From: an uncultured Thermoleophilia bacterium
GTDB taxonomy: Bacteria; Actinomycetota; Thermoleophilia; UBA2241
Reading direction: 5' to 3'
DNA: 64,000 nucleotides
NCBI GenBank assembly: GCA_963702475.1
Contig: CAVPCT010000003.1
Coordinates: 384,001 to 448,000 of the forward strand
The notes under the pieces are model-generated. The model ran no database searches. It was not told the origin of the DNA and saw nothing but the letters and a program-made list of their open reading frames with translations. Positions 18,550 to 30,414 of this stretch are shown in pieces. The position numbers and the translations under genes are program-made. Every line of letters starts with the position of its first letter. Positions within the stretch are counted from its first letter, which is position 1.

Positions 18550-18999
18550 TCAGACGTCCAGGATCTTCGCCGCCAGAATCGCGGCGTTGCGGGCGCCGTT
18601 GATGGCAACGCACGCCACGGGCACGCCGGGCGGCATCTGCACGATGCTGAGCAGCGAGTCCAGGCCGCCCAGGTCGCTCGTCTTGATCGGCACGCCGATC
18701 ACGGGGACGTTGGTGTAGGCGGCCAGCACGCCCGGCAGCGCCGCGGCCTTGCCGGCGCCACCGATGAGCACCTTGATGCCGCGCGACTGGGCCGTCTTCG
18801 CGTAGTGCGCTACCTTGTCCGGGTCGCGGTGGGCGGAGAGCACGCTGATCTCGTACTTGATCTTGCGCTCGTCGAGCTCCTTGCAGGCCCCCTCCATGAC
18901 CTCGCGATCACTCTCGCTGCCCATGACGATGCCCACCAGCACGGGCTCCAGCTCGATGCCCTGCAGAAGGGCCTCGACCTCGGTACTCGTCCTCTCCAC
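18550..18999 (-). CDS. purE: N5-CAIR mutase
   Basis: [22 protein letters not shown]. Confidence 0.96.
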   Translation of the reverse strand: MERTSTEVEALLQGIELEPVLVGIVMGSESDREVMEGACKELDERKIKYEISVLSAHRDPDKVAHYAKTAQSRGIKVLIGGAGKAAALPGVLAAYTNVPVIGVPIKTSDLGGLDSLLSIVQMPPGVPVACVAINGARNAAILAAKILDV

Positions 19000-19056
19000 T
19001 GCTCGGCTCCTGTCTCGTGGGTGTTCGGGGTACGCGGCGCGCGGGTGTGGTGACTA

Positions 19057-20376
19057 TCAGTCGGCCGTCCCGAGATGCGGGAACAGATCCAGCGTGCCGG
19101 CCTGTGCCCTGACGGCCCGCTCGGCGATGTCGGGCCGCACCTGCATGCCGTCGAAGGCGATCCTTGAGATGCCCTCATAGGCGCGCGCCCGGGCGGCGGG
19201 GAAGCCGTCGCCGAGCGCGCTGACCGCGAGCACGCGGCCGCCGGCGGTGACCACCTGACCGTCGTGCAGAGCCGTGCCGGCGTGGTAGACGCTCACGCCT
19301 TCCAGGCCGGCCGCCGCGTCCAGCCCGGTGATGACATCGCCCTTGTGGCTGCTTGCCGGGTAACCGGCCGAGGCCATCACGACCGTGACGCACTCCTGCG
19401 GCTTCCAGGCGGCGGAGACGCCGGCGAGCTCGCCGGCCGCCGCCGCCGCGCACAGCTCCAGCAGGTCGCTGTCCAGGCGTGGCAGCACCGCCTGCGTCTC
19501 GGGGTCACCGAAGCGGCAGTTGAACTCCAGCACCTTGACGCCGTCGGCAGTGACGATGAGGCCGGCGTACATGACGCCCTTGTAGGCGATGCCGCGCGCC
19601 TTGAGCGCGGCCATGGTTGGCTCCACGACCGTCGCCATGGCCGCGTCGATCGCCCTCTGCTCGAAGCCCGGCACGGGGCAGTAGCTGCCCATGCCGCCGG
19701 TATTGGGGCCCTGGTCGCCGGCGAAGATGCGCTTGTAGTCCTGCGCCGGCGCCAGCGGCACGGCGTTGACGCCGTCGCAGAGCACCAGCAGCGAGACCTC
19801 CGAGCCCTGCAGGAACTCCTCCACGATGACCACGTCGCCGGCGGCGCCGAAGGCGCGGTCGACGAAACAGCTCTCGACCGCGGCCCGCGCCGCCTCGTAG
19901 TCCTCGCAGATCATGACGCCCTTGCCGGCGGCGAGGCCGTCGGCCTTCACCACGAGCGGGTACGTGTCTTGCAGCGTGAGGCACTCGAGGGCCGTCTCCA
20001 GGCTCTCGTGCCGCCGGTACAGCCCCGTCACCACGCCACCCTCGCGCATGATCTCCTTGGCGAAGACCTTGCTGCCCTCGAGCCGGGCGCCATCGATGTT
20101 CGGCCCGAACACGGCCAGCCCGTGCTCCTCGAAGAGGTCGGTGAGGCCGGCGACCAGCGGCGCCTCCGGGCCGACCACGGTGAGGTCGACCTGCTCGCGG
20201 CTGGCGAAGTCGAGCAACGCCGGCAGGTCCTCGGCGCTGAGGGGTATGTTGTCGGCCTCGGCGGCGGTGCCGGCGTTGCCCGGCGCCACGAAGATGCGCT
20301 CTGCAAGCGGGGACTGGGCGAACGAGTGGACGAGGGCGTGCTCCCGGCCACCGCCGCCGACAACGAGCACGCGCAT
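19057..20376 (-). CDS. purD: Phosphoribosylamine-glycine ligase
   Basis: GGGGREHA, KADGLAAGKGV, GPNTGGMG, RFGDPE. Confidence 0.98.
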   Translation of the reverse strand: MRVLVVGGGGREHALVHSFAQSPLAERIFVAPGNAGTAAEADNIPLSAEDLPALLDFASREQVDLTVVGPEAPLVAGLTDLFEEHGLAVFGPNIDGARLEGSKVFAKEIMREGGVVTGLYRRHESLETALECLTLQDTYPLVVKADGLAAGKGVMICEDYEAARAAVESCFVDRAFGAAGDVVIVEEFLQGSEVSLLVLCDGVNAVPLAPAQDYKRIFAGDQGPNTGGMGSYCPVPGFEQRAIDAAMATVVEPTMAALKARGIAYKGVMYAGLIVTADGVKVLEFNCRFGDPETQAVLPRLDSDLLELCAAAAAGELAGVSAAWKPQECVTVVMASAGYPASSHKGDVITGLDAAAGLEGVSVYHAGTALHDGQVVTAGGRVLAVSALGDGFPAARARAYEGISRIAFDGMQVRPDIAERAVRAQAGTLDLFPHLGTAD

Positions 20377-20529
20377 AGACGCCTCCCGTGTGTGTCTGAA
20401 GTGGAGCCGGGCCGGGCAGGCTACGCCGCCGCCCCCGGCAGTACCGTGCGAGTCTACCCGCGCGCGGCGTGCTTGGGGAGGGGCAGCCGGCGCGTCACGC
20501 GCCGAGCTGCCCGGCCGGGAAGCGGCGCC

Positions 20530-23105
<2,576 letters not shown>

Positions 23106-23109
23106 CGCC

Positions 23110-24240
23110 GTGGGCGAGCTGTCGGCGATCGTGCTGGCCGCCGGCGCCTCGTCGCGCATGGGGTCGCCCAAGCCGCTGCTGACGGCCGGCGGCCGCACCC
23201 TGCTCGCGTGGGCCGTCGGCAGGCTCGGCGCCGCCGGGGTCGAGGACGTCGTCGTGGTGACCGGCCACCGCGGAGACGACGTGGGCGCGGCGGCCGCGGC
23301 GCTCGGCGTCCGGTCCGTTCGCAACCCGCGGTATGAGGACGGCATGTTCTCCTCGGTCCGGGCCGGCGCCGCGGCCGTCTCGGAGGGGCGGAGCTTCTTC
23401 CTGCTGCCCGTCGACTGCCCGCTCGTGCGCCCGGAGACGGTCGGCCGGCTGGCAAGGGTGGGAACCACGCGCGGCTCTCCGGTGACAGTGCCCGTCCACG
23501 GCGACGTGCCCGGCCATCCGCCGCTGCTCGGACCCGGGCTCCTCGCCGAGATCCTGGCGGAGCATCCATCCGGAGGGCTGCGCGAGCTGCTCCTGTCCCA
23601 TCCGGACCGGGTGTCGCGCGTGTCGGTGGACGACCCGGGCGTGTTGGACGACGCCGACACGCCCGCGGACCTGGAGGCGCTGAACGCGCGGGCGGTGCGC
23701 GAGGAACTGCCGCCGCAGCCCCGCTGCCTCGAGTTGCTGCGGGAGCACGGCGCCGGTGAGGCGCTCGTCGCGCACTCTGTGGCCGTAGCCGCCGCGGCTA
23801 CGGCGCTCGCGGCGGCCTTGAACGAGCGGCAACAGCACCTGTGCCTGCCGCTCGTGACCACCGCCGCGCTGCTCCACGACGTCGCGCGCGACGCGCCCGG
23901 GCACGCCAACGCGGGCGCGGCCCTGCTCGTGCGGCTCGGATACCCGCGGCTGGCCCCGGTGGTCCGGAGCCACATGCACCTTGGCGACGCCGCCGGCGCC
24001 GGGATCGACGAGACTCAGGTCGTCTACCTCGCCGACAAGCTGGTGCTGGCCGACCGCTTCGCAGGCCTGGAGGAGCGCTTCGCCGCGCGGCTGCGGCAGG
24101 TCGGCGGCGACGAGGCGACGCGGACGGCGGTCCTTCGGCGTCGCGACGAGGCCTCGCGCGTGCTGGCGCGCATCGACGCCGTGCTCGGGGGCGCCGCGGA
24201 ACAGACCGCGGCGGTGGCGCTGACGTCAGCCGGCGGCTGA
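23110..24240 (+). CDS. MocA-like nucleotidyltransferase fused to an HD domain
   Basis: LAAG.SSRMG.PK, GMFSS, PVD.P, GHP, D.DTP.D, then AH...ALLHD...H...DK. Confidence 0.85.
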   Translation: MGELSAIVLAAGASSRMGSPKPLLTAGGRTLLAWAVGRLGAAGVEDVVVVTGHRGDDVGAAAAALGVRSVRNPRYEDGMFSSVRAGAAAVSEGRSFFLLPVDCPLVRPETVGRLARVGTTRGSPVTVPVHGDVPGHPPLLGPGLLAEILAEHPSGGLRELLLSHPDRVSRVSVDDPGVLDDADTPADLEALNARAVREELPPQPRCLELLREHGAGEALVAHSVAVAAAATALAAALNERQQHLCLPLVTTAALLHDVARDAPGHANAGAALLVRLGYPRLAPVVRSHMHLGDAAGAGIDETQVVYLADKLVLADRFAGLEERFAARLRQVGGDEATRTAVLRRRDEASRVLARIDAVLGGAAEQTAAVALTSAGG

Positions 24241-25638
24241 CCGGCCGCCCAGGATGCTCCGCGCGGCGAGCACACCGGCCGCTGAGGCTTGCACAAGCCC
24301 GCGCGTGACGCCGGCGCCGTCGCCGACGGCGTACAGGTCGCGGACCGGCGTCTGCAGGCCGGCGTCCATCTCGGGCCGCGCAGAGTAGAACTTCACCTCC
24401 ACGCCGTACAGCAGCGTGTCGCGGCCGTTGACGCCCGGGGCGAGGTTGTCCATCGCCTCGAGCATGTCGAGGATGTCGCGCAGGTGGCGATACGGCAGCA
24501 CGAAGGCGAGGTCGCCGGCCGTGGCGCCCTTCAGCGACGGTTGCACCGTCCCGCGCCCGATGCGGTCCATCGTGCTGCGGTGGCCCTGGTGCAGGTCGCC
24601 CAGCCGCTGCACGATGATGTCCTCGCCGAGCAGGTTGGCCAGCCGCGCGATGCTCTTGCCGTAGGCCAGCGGATCGTCGAAGGGTTCGGTGAAGTCGGTG
24701 CTCACCAGCAGAGCGAAGTTGGTGCGGTCGGTCTTCATGTCGGCGTAGCTGTGGCCGTTCACAGTGACCACGTCGCCGTAGTTCTCCAGCGAGACTTCGC
24801 CGTAGGGGTTCATGCAGAAGGTGCGCACCGGGTCGTCGAAGCTCGGCGTGTAGTAGACGAGCTTGCTCTCGTACAGGGCCGTGGTGAGCGGCTCCATGAT
24901 GGAGGCGGCCACCTCCACGCGCACGCCGATGTCCACCGGGTTGGTGCGCAGCTTGATGTGCAGACGCCGGCATTCCTCCGCGAGCCAGCCGGCGCCCTCC
25001 CGTCCGGGAGCCACGATGACGGCGCCGGCGCGGATCCGCGTGCCGTCCTCGAGCACCACGCCGGTGGCGCGCAGGGCACTCGCGCCGGCGGGCTTCTCCG
25101 TGAGGATGCGGTCGACGCGCGTGCCCGTCTGCACGGCGATGCGCTCCTGCAGCTCCTCGCGCATGCGCGTGAGGCTCTCGTAGGAGCGCTCGGTGCCCAT
25201 GTGTCGCACCGGCGACTCGATCAGCGTCATGCCGTGCAGCAGAGCCTGCCGGCGGATCTTGTCGGCTCGCTTGCCACCACCGTGGACCTCGGGCGTGGCG
25301 CCGTACTCGAGCCAGATGCCGTCGACGTACTCGATGAGCCCGGTGAGCTCCTGGCGCGAGACGAACCTGTCGAGCCAGCCGCCGACGTCGGGAGACAGGG
25401 TGAGCTTGCCGTCGCTGAAGGCGCCGGCGCCGCCCCAGCCGCAGGTGATGTCGCAGGGCTCGCAGCCGCTGCACACGCCGGTGGCGCGCGCGGGGCAGCT
25501 GCGGCGGCCGATGTCGGGGCCGCGCTCGACGAGCAGCACGTCGAGGCCGTCGCGGCGCACCAGTTCCAGGGCGGCGAAGATGCCGGCCGGACCGGCGCCC
25601 ACGATGATCACGTCGTATGAGCTGCGGTCAGCGTTCAT
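24226..25638 (-). CDS. NAD(P)/FAD-dependent oxidoreductase (uncharacterised family)
   Basis: GAGPAG, GWGGAGAFSDGKL, RTFCMNP, GDGAGVTRG. Confidence 0.88.
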   Translation of the reverse strand: MNADRSSYDVIIVGAGPAGIFAALELVRRDGLDVLLVERGPDIGRRSCPARATGVCSGCEPCDITCGWGGAGAFSDGKLTLSPDVGGWLDRFVSRQELTGLIEYVDGIWLEYGATPEVHGGGKRADKIRRQALLHGMTLIESPVRHMGTERSYESLTRMREELQERIAVQTGTRVDRILTEKPAGASALRATGVVLEDGTRIRAGAVIVAPGREGAGWLAEECRRLHIKLRTNPVDIGVRVEVAASIMEPLTTALYESKLVYYTPSFDDPVRTFCMNPYGEVSLENYGDVVTVNGHSYADMKTDRTNFALLVSTDFTEPFDDPLAYGKSIARLANLLGEDIIVQRLGDLHQGHRSTMDRIGRGTVQPSLKGATAGDLAFVLPYRHLRDILDMLEAMDNLAPGVNGRDTLLYGVEVKFYSARPEMDAGLQTPVRDLYAVGDGAGVTRGLVQASAAGVLAARSILGGRSAAG

Positions 25639-25828
25639 GGGTGAGGACGGGGGAGGGTCGGGAACAGGGCGAAAGCGGTTCCCTGGCGGGATGATAGTCG
25701 CGCGGCGTCCGCATGACAAACGCGCGGTGCGCGCGGGGCCGCGAACGCATGACAAACGCTGCGCGTCTCGAATCTCGTGTGTGGCGCCCTGCGCGGAGGG
25801 CCGGGGCGTGGCGACGCGGGAGGCGGTC

Positions 25829-26269
25829 ATGACGCTCCGGGTTACGTGGCGACAGGCGGGATCGGTGGCGGTCGTGCTGGCGGTGGCTGTGACGGCCGCC
25901 GGGCTGCTGGCCGCCTGCGGCGGCGAGAGCGGCTCCTCGGGTCAGACAGTACGGCTCAGTCCGGATCCCGAAGGCTCGACGAGCGTCACGGTCAAGGTCG
26001 GCGACACGGTGGTGGTCAGTCTCGCGGCCAACGCCACCACGGGCTACGAGTGGCAGTTCACCGCCGGCGACACGTTCGTGATCGAGAGCAGCGAGTACGT
26101 GCCCGACCCCAACCCGTCGGGCCTGGTGGGCGTCGGGGGCAAGCAGGTGGTGACGCTCGAGGTGACCGAGGCCGGGAGCTCCGACCTCCTCGGCTTCTAC
26201 GTGCGGCCCTGGGAGACACCGTCGCCGGATCCGCAGCCGGACTTCCAGATGACGGTCGTGAGCGAGTGA
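25829..26269 (+). CDS. Lipoprotein with chagasin-like (Inhibitor I42) domain
   Basis: Lipobox LAAC; ANATTGYEW, GVGG, YVRPWE. Confidence 0.85.
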   Translation: MTLRVTWRQAGSVAVVLAVAVTAAGLLAACGGESGSSGQTVRLSPDPEGSTSVTVKVGDTVVVSLAANATTGYEWQFTAGDTFVIESSEYVPDPNPSGLVGVGGKQVVTLEVTEAGSSDLLGFYVRPWETPSPDPQPDFQMTVVSE

Positions 26270-26317
26270 AGGCAGCCGGTCCCGGCGGCGCAGCCGCTCC
26301 GGGACCGGGCCCGTGAG

Positions 26318-26370
26318 ACGGGCAGGGCGGGCGGCTCGGCCGGCCCAGCGGAGCCGCCCGCCCTGCCCGT
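26318..26370. terminator. 20-bp perfect hairpin
   Basis: ACGGGCAGGGCGGGCGGCTC-N13-GAGCCGCCCGCCCTGCCCGT. Confidence 0.5.
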
Positions 26371-26428
26371 ACGCCGTCGCCGTCCGGCTTGTCTCCCGTC
26401 GTGCGCCCGGGTAGCCTCCGAGGCATCC

Positions 26429-26932
26429 ATGCACGACCCCGTCTTCAGCCGCCGCAGCATCCGCAGGTACACGGACGAGCCCGTGTCCGACGAGCACGTC
26501 GAGCGGCTGCTGCGGGCGGGCATGGCGGCGCCGTCGGCCGGCAACCAGCAGCCGTGGAGCTTCGTCGTCGTGCGCGACCGCGCGAGCCTGGGCGCGGTGC
26601 CCGGGTTCCACCCGTACGCCGCCATGATGCCCAACGCTCCGGTCGCACTCGTGGTGTGCGGCCACCCCGGGAGCTGCAAGTGGCCGCAGATGTGGGTCCA
26701 GGACTGCTCCGCGGCCACCGAGAACATCCTCGTGGAGGCAGCGGCGCTCGGGCTCGGCGCCGTGTGGCTGGGCGTGCATCCCCTCGCGGAGCGCGAGTGC
26801 GGCCTGCGCGCCCTCCTCGGCATCCCCGACGACGTCGTGCCGTTCGCGATCGTCCCCATCGGGCACCCGGTGGAGGCCAAGGGGCCGTCGGACCGCTACG
26901 ACCCGGGGCGGGTGCACGTCGAACGCTGGTGA
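26429..26932 (+). CDS. Nitroreductase family protein
   Basis: RRSIR, APSAGNQQPW, QDCSAATEN. Confidence 0.93.
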   Translation: MHDPVFSRRSIRRYTDEPVSDEHVERLLRAGMAAPSAGNQQPWSFVVVRDRASLGAVPGFHPYAAMMPNAPVALVVCGHPGSCKWPQMWVQDCSAATENILVEAAALGLGAVWLGVHPLAERECGLRALLGIPDDVVPFAIVPIGHPVEAKGPSDRYDPGRVHVERW

Positions 26933-27053
26933 ACGTCTGGCGCCGGTCTTCCGCTGCGGCCCCTGAGCACGCGGCACGCGCGGCCTGAACGGTACCGGCG
27001 CGCCGTCCGCGGGTAGGCAGAGGCTGTCGGGGAGTCGCAGATCGGAGGCAGCC

Positions 27054-27560
27054 ATGGAGGATCCCGTCCTTGAGCGGCGCAGCATCCGCAAGTTCACCGA
27101 CCGGCCGGTGCCCGAGGACCACGTGACGACACTGCTCAAGGCGGGCATGAGTGCCCCCTCGGCCGGCAACGAACGCCCTTGGCACTTCGTCGTCATCCGC
27201 GAGCGTTCGTTGCTCGACGCCGTCGCCACGTTCCATCCCTACGCGCGCATGATCACACAGGCGCCCCTGGCGATCCTCGTGTGCGGTGACCCCGAGCTGG
27301 AGAGGAGCAAGGGCTTCTGGGTCGAGGACTGCTCCGCGGCCACCGAGAACATCCTGATCGAGGCGCAGGCCATCGGTCTCGGCAGCGTGTGGCTCGGCAT
27401 CTACCCGCGCGAGGACCGGGTCGAGAACATGCGGCGCATCATCGCGGGGATGCCCGAGCACGTCGTGCCCTTCGCGCTCCTTCCCATCGGCTACCCGGGC
27501 GAGATCAAGCGCCCGTCGGACCGCTGGGACGACTCGCGCGTGCACCGCGGGCGCTGGTGA
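27054..27560 (+). CDS. Nitroreductase family protein (tandem paralog)
   Basis: RRSIR, APSAGNERPW, EDCSAATEN. Confidence 0.93.
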   Translation: MEDPVLERRSIRKFTDRPVPEDHVTTLLKAGMSAPSAGNERPWHFVVIRERSLLDAVATFHPYARMITQAPLAILVCGDPELERSKGFWVEDCSAATENILIEAQAIGLGSVWLGIYPREDRVENMRRIIAGMPEHVVPFALLPIGYPGEIKRPSDRWDDSRVHRGRW

Positions 27561-27729
27561 GGTGGCGCGGCGCCGATCGTGGCCGCGCCGCAGTTTGCGG
27601 GGTCCCCGGCACGGGTACTTCCGCTAGCGACCCGCGACGCGGCGGGTGCCGCCCGGGGGCCCGGCGCCACCGAGACAGGCTCCGCCCCGCGGGTCGTGGA
27701 CTGGAGCAAGCGGTTCGGAAGGGGTGACA

Positions 27730-28059
27730 GTGGCCGGACCTGAGTGGGTCCCTACCATCGACGACACGAAGATCAAGGACGGCGCGTACGTGGCCGTCTA
27801 TCCCAAGGGCTTGAGCGTCCTGCTCGTGCGCGTCGAGGGTGAGCTGCATGCCGTGGCCAACAAGTGCGCCCACATGGCCTGTCCGCTCGAGGGCGGCGAG
27901 CTCTCGGGCGCGGTGATCACGTGCCCCTGCCACGACTGGCGCTTCGACGTCCGCAGCGGGGAGTTCCTTGACGCGCCCGAGCTGGGCATCGCCACCTTCC
28001 CGACTCGCGTGGAGGACGGCAAGGTCCTCGTGCGGATCGGAGGGCGCGGCGATGGTTGA
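27730..28059 (+). CDS. Rieske-type [2Fe-2S] ferredoxin
   Basis: CAH...CPCH.W.FD. Confidence 0.9.
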   Translation: MAGPEWVPTIDDTKIKDGAYVAVYPKGLSVLLVRVEGELHAVANKCAHMACPLEGGELSGAVITCPCHDWRFDVRSGEFLDAPELGIATFPTRVEDGKVLVRIGGRGDG

Positions 28060-28312
28060 CGACGTCTACGTGTACGCCCTGAGCACCTGTCCGTGGTGTC
28101 GCAAGACCAGGCAGTGGCTGGAAGACAGCAGTATCGCCTACGAGTGGGTCGAGGTGGACAAGCTGCCTCAGGACGAACAGGACAAGGCCGCCGAGAAGGC
28201 CTACCAGCTCAGCGGCGGCCGCCGCTACCCCGTGGTCGTCATCAACGGCGAGGTCGTGGTCGGCTACAGCCCCGACAAGTTCCTCGAACACCTCAAGGGC
28301 TGGGGAGGGTGA
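28052..28312 (+). CDS. Glutaredoxin (NrdH-like)
   Basis: YALSTCPWC, YPVVVI, VVGY. Confidence 0.9.
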   Translation: MVDDVYVYALSTCPWCRKTRQWLEDSSIAYEWVEVDKLPQDEQDKAAEKAYQLSGGRRYPVVVINGEVVVGYSPDKFLEHLKGWGG

Positions 28313-28314
28313 GC

Positions 28315-28647
28315 ATGGGCTCAGAGGCGCGCAAAGAGTCGATGCGCTACCTGTACGAGAGGGTCGTGGGTCCACTCGGCTTCAAGTTCACCCCCGACGA
28401 GGGGCTCGTCGACTTCCTCCTGGAGCAGGAGGTCAAGCTGGAGCAGGACCTGGGCGCGCCGTTCTGCCCGTGTCAGGGCCGCAGCGGCGTGCGGGCTGAG
28501 GACATGCTGATCGTGTGCCCCTGCATCCCCTTTCACCGCGCCCACTTCGACAGGATGAAGCGGTGCTGGTGCGGGCTGTTCGTGCACGCCGACGTCACCG
28601 ACCCCGACAGCCTCCCGCAACTCGAGCCGGAGGAGGGTGAAGCCTGA
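28315..28647 (+). CDS. Ferredoxin:thioredoxin/disulfide reductase catalytic-subunit-like protein
   Basis: CPC...CPC...CWCGLFV. Confidence 0.88.
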   Translation: MGSEARKESMRYLYERVVGPLGFKFTPDEGLVDFLLEQEVKLEQDLGAPFCPCQGRSGVRAEDMLIVCPCIPFHRAHFDRMKRCWCGLFVHADVTDPDSLPQLEPEEGEA

Positions 28648-29036
28648 TGTGGCACGAGGTAGCCAAGATGGACGACATCGCTCCCGGCGGGATGAAGTAC
28701 GTGCGTGCCGCCGACCGTGAGATCTGCCTCTGCGAGTTCGACGGCGACATCTACGCCGTCAGCCGTCGCTGCGGCCACGAGAACGCCCCACTCGACCAGG
28801 GCTCCCTGGAGGGCTGGATCATCACCTGTCCCCTCCACAATGGGCAGTTCGACATCCGCAGCGGCGTGAACCTCAGCTGGCCGCTGGACCACGACATGGG
28901 CCCGCAGGAAGACATCCCCGAGCCGGTCAAGCGCTGGTTCAAGCTGCAGAAGCGGCTGGAGTGGAAGACCCGTGTGCACGACCTGCACACGTACAACGTG
29001 CGCGTCACCGACGGCGCCATAGAAGTCGAGATCTGA
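28647..29036 (+). CDS. Rieske-type ferredoxin with C-terminal insertion
   Basis: CGH...CPLH..FD; TGATG coupling to the upstream gene. Confidence 0.88.
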   Translation: MWHEVAKMDDIAPGGMKYVRAADREICLCEFDGDIYAVSRRCGHENAPLDQGSLEGWIITCPLHNGQFDIRSGVNLSWPLDHDMGPQEDIPEPVKRWFKLQKRLEWKTRVHDLHTYNVRVTDGAIEVEI

Positions 29037-29076
29037 GCGACACAGCGCGTCGCACCCCGACCATCAAGGAGGACCT

Positions 29077-29673
29077 ATGGCCTTCGAACTGCCGCCCCTG
29101 CCCTACGCCGACGACGCTCTCGAGCCCGACTACTCGGCCAACACCATCAGCTTCCACTACGGCAAGCACCACAAGACCTACGTCGACACCCTCAACAAGC
29201 TCGTGGACGGCACCGACCTCGCGGACAAGAGTCTCGAGGAGGTCATCGCGGCTGTCGCCGGCAACGCCGAGAAGCAGGCCGTGTTCAACAACGCCGCCCA
29301 GGTGTGGAACCACACCTTCTTCTGGAACGGCATGAAGCCGGGCGGCGGCGGAGCGCCGGGCGGCGCCCTGGGAGACAAGATCACGGCCACGTGGGGCGGC
29401 TACGCTGACTTCGTGGAGGCCTTCAAGGCCGCGGCCGTGGGTCGCTTCGGCAGCGGCTGGGCATGGCTCGTGGCCGACGGCGGCGAGCTCAAGATCGTGA
29501 GCACGCCCAACGCCGAGCAGCCGGCGGCCGGCACGCCGCTTCTCGTGGTCGACGTGTGGGAGCATGCCTACTACCTCGACTACCAGAACCTGCGTCCCAA
29601 GTACACGGAGACGTTCTTCGAGAAGCTCGCCAACTGGGAGTTCGCGGCCGCCAACTACGCCGCCGCGAAGTAA
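29077..29673 (+). CDS. sodB: Fe/Mn superoxide dismutase (Fe-type signatures)
   Basis: HYGKHH, FNNAAQVWNH, DVWEHAYY. Confidence 0.95.
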   Translation: MAFELPPLPYADDALEPDYSANTISFHYGKHHKTYVDTLNKLVDGTDLADKSLEEVIAAVAGNAEKQAVFNNAAQVWNHTFFWNGMKPGGGGAPGGALGDKITATWGGYADFVEAFKAAAVGRFGSGWAWLVADGGELKIVSTPNAEQPAAGTPLLVVDVWEHAYYLDYQNLRPKYTETFFEKLANWEFAAANYAAAK

Positions 29674-29996
29674 CGACCGGGGCGTTGGGTCGCGACGCTG
29701 TGCCGTCGTCCCATCGCAGGTGGGTGCACCGGCCAGGGCCGGAGGGCGAGAGCCCTCCGGCCTTGGCCGCGTACGGCCCCGGCAGCACCGCGGCCGCGCC
29801 AGGCCGTCGCCCGCGGGCTGCGGCAGCACGTCGTCGCCCACCGCCAGCTCACGGTGTGCACGACCACCACCGGTGGCGCGGCAAGGCGACGTCGCCGAAC
29901 GGCGGTCTCTGGTAGGGAGCCGGGTTTGCGGCCAGAATCAGTGCGCGAGAGCCGAGGCCGTAGCGGCGCCGGCGACCGTCTTACCAAGGAGGAGCG

Positions 29997-30410
29997 ATGT
30001 TCAAGGGGTTCCGTGAGTTCATCATGCGCGGCAACGTCGTCGACCTGGCCGTGGCGGTGGTCATCGGCGCCGCCTTCGGGGCCGTGGTCAAGGCCTTCGT
30101 CGACAACATCATCACGCCCATCATCGCGGCGATCTTCGGGCAGCCGGACTTCGCCGCCCTCAAGTTCACCGTCAACGGGAGCGTGTTCCAGTACGGGCTC
30201 TTCATCAACGCGCTGGTCTCGTTCGTGCTGATCGCTCTCGCGGTCTACTACGTCGTCATCGTCCCGATGAACAAGATGAACGAGCTGAAGGCTCGCGGCA
30301 AGGCGCCGGAGGATCCGACCACCAAGCAGTGCCCCGAGTGCCTGAGCGAGATCCCCATCGCGGCACGCAAGTGCGCCTTCTGCGCGTCGCCGCAGGACAC
30401 GGCGGCCTGA
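29997..30410 (+). CDS. mscL: Large-conductance mechanosensitive channel with C-terminal zinc ribbon
   Basis: FREFIMRGNVVDLAVAVVIG; CPEC..CAFC. Confidence 0.95.
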   Translation: MFKGFREFIMRGNVVDLAVAVVIGAAFGAVVKAFVDNIITPIIAAIFGQPDFAALKFTVNGSVFQYGLFINALVSFVLIALAVYYVVIVPMNKMNELKARGKAPEDPTTKQCPECLSEIPIAARKCAFCASPQDTAA

Positions 30411-30414
30411 GGTC

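Noticed and set aside
28052-28647. Selenocysteine readthrough in the glutaredoxin or FTR-like genes
   Set aside because: All catalytic Cys motifs are intact and the TGA codons fall at the expected C-termini
29997-30410. MscL zinc-ribbon tail as a novelty
   Set aside because: A widespread known MscL variant
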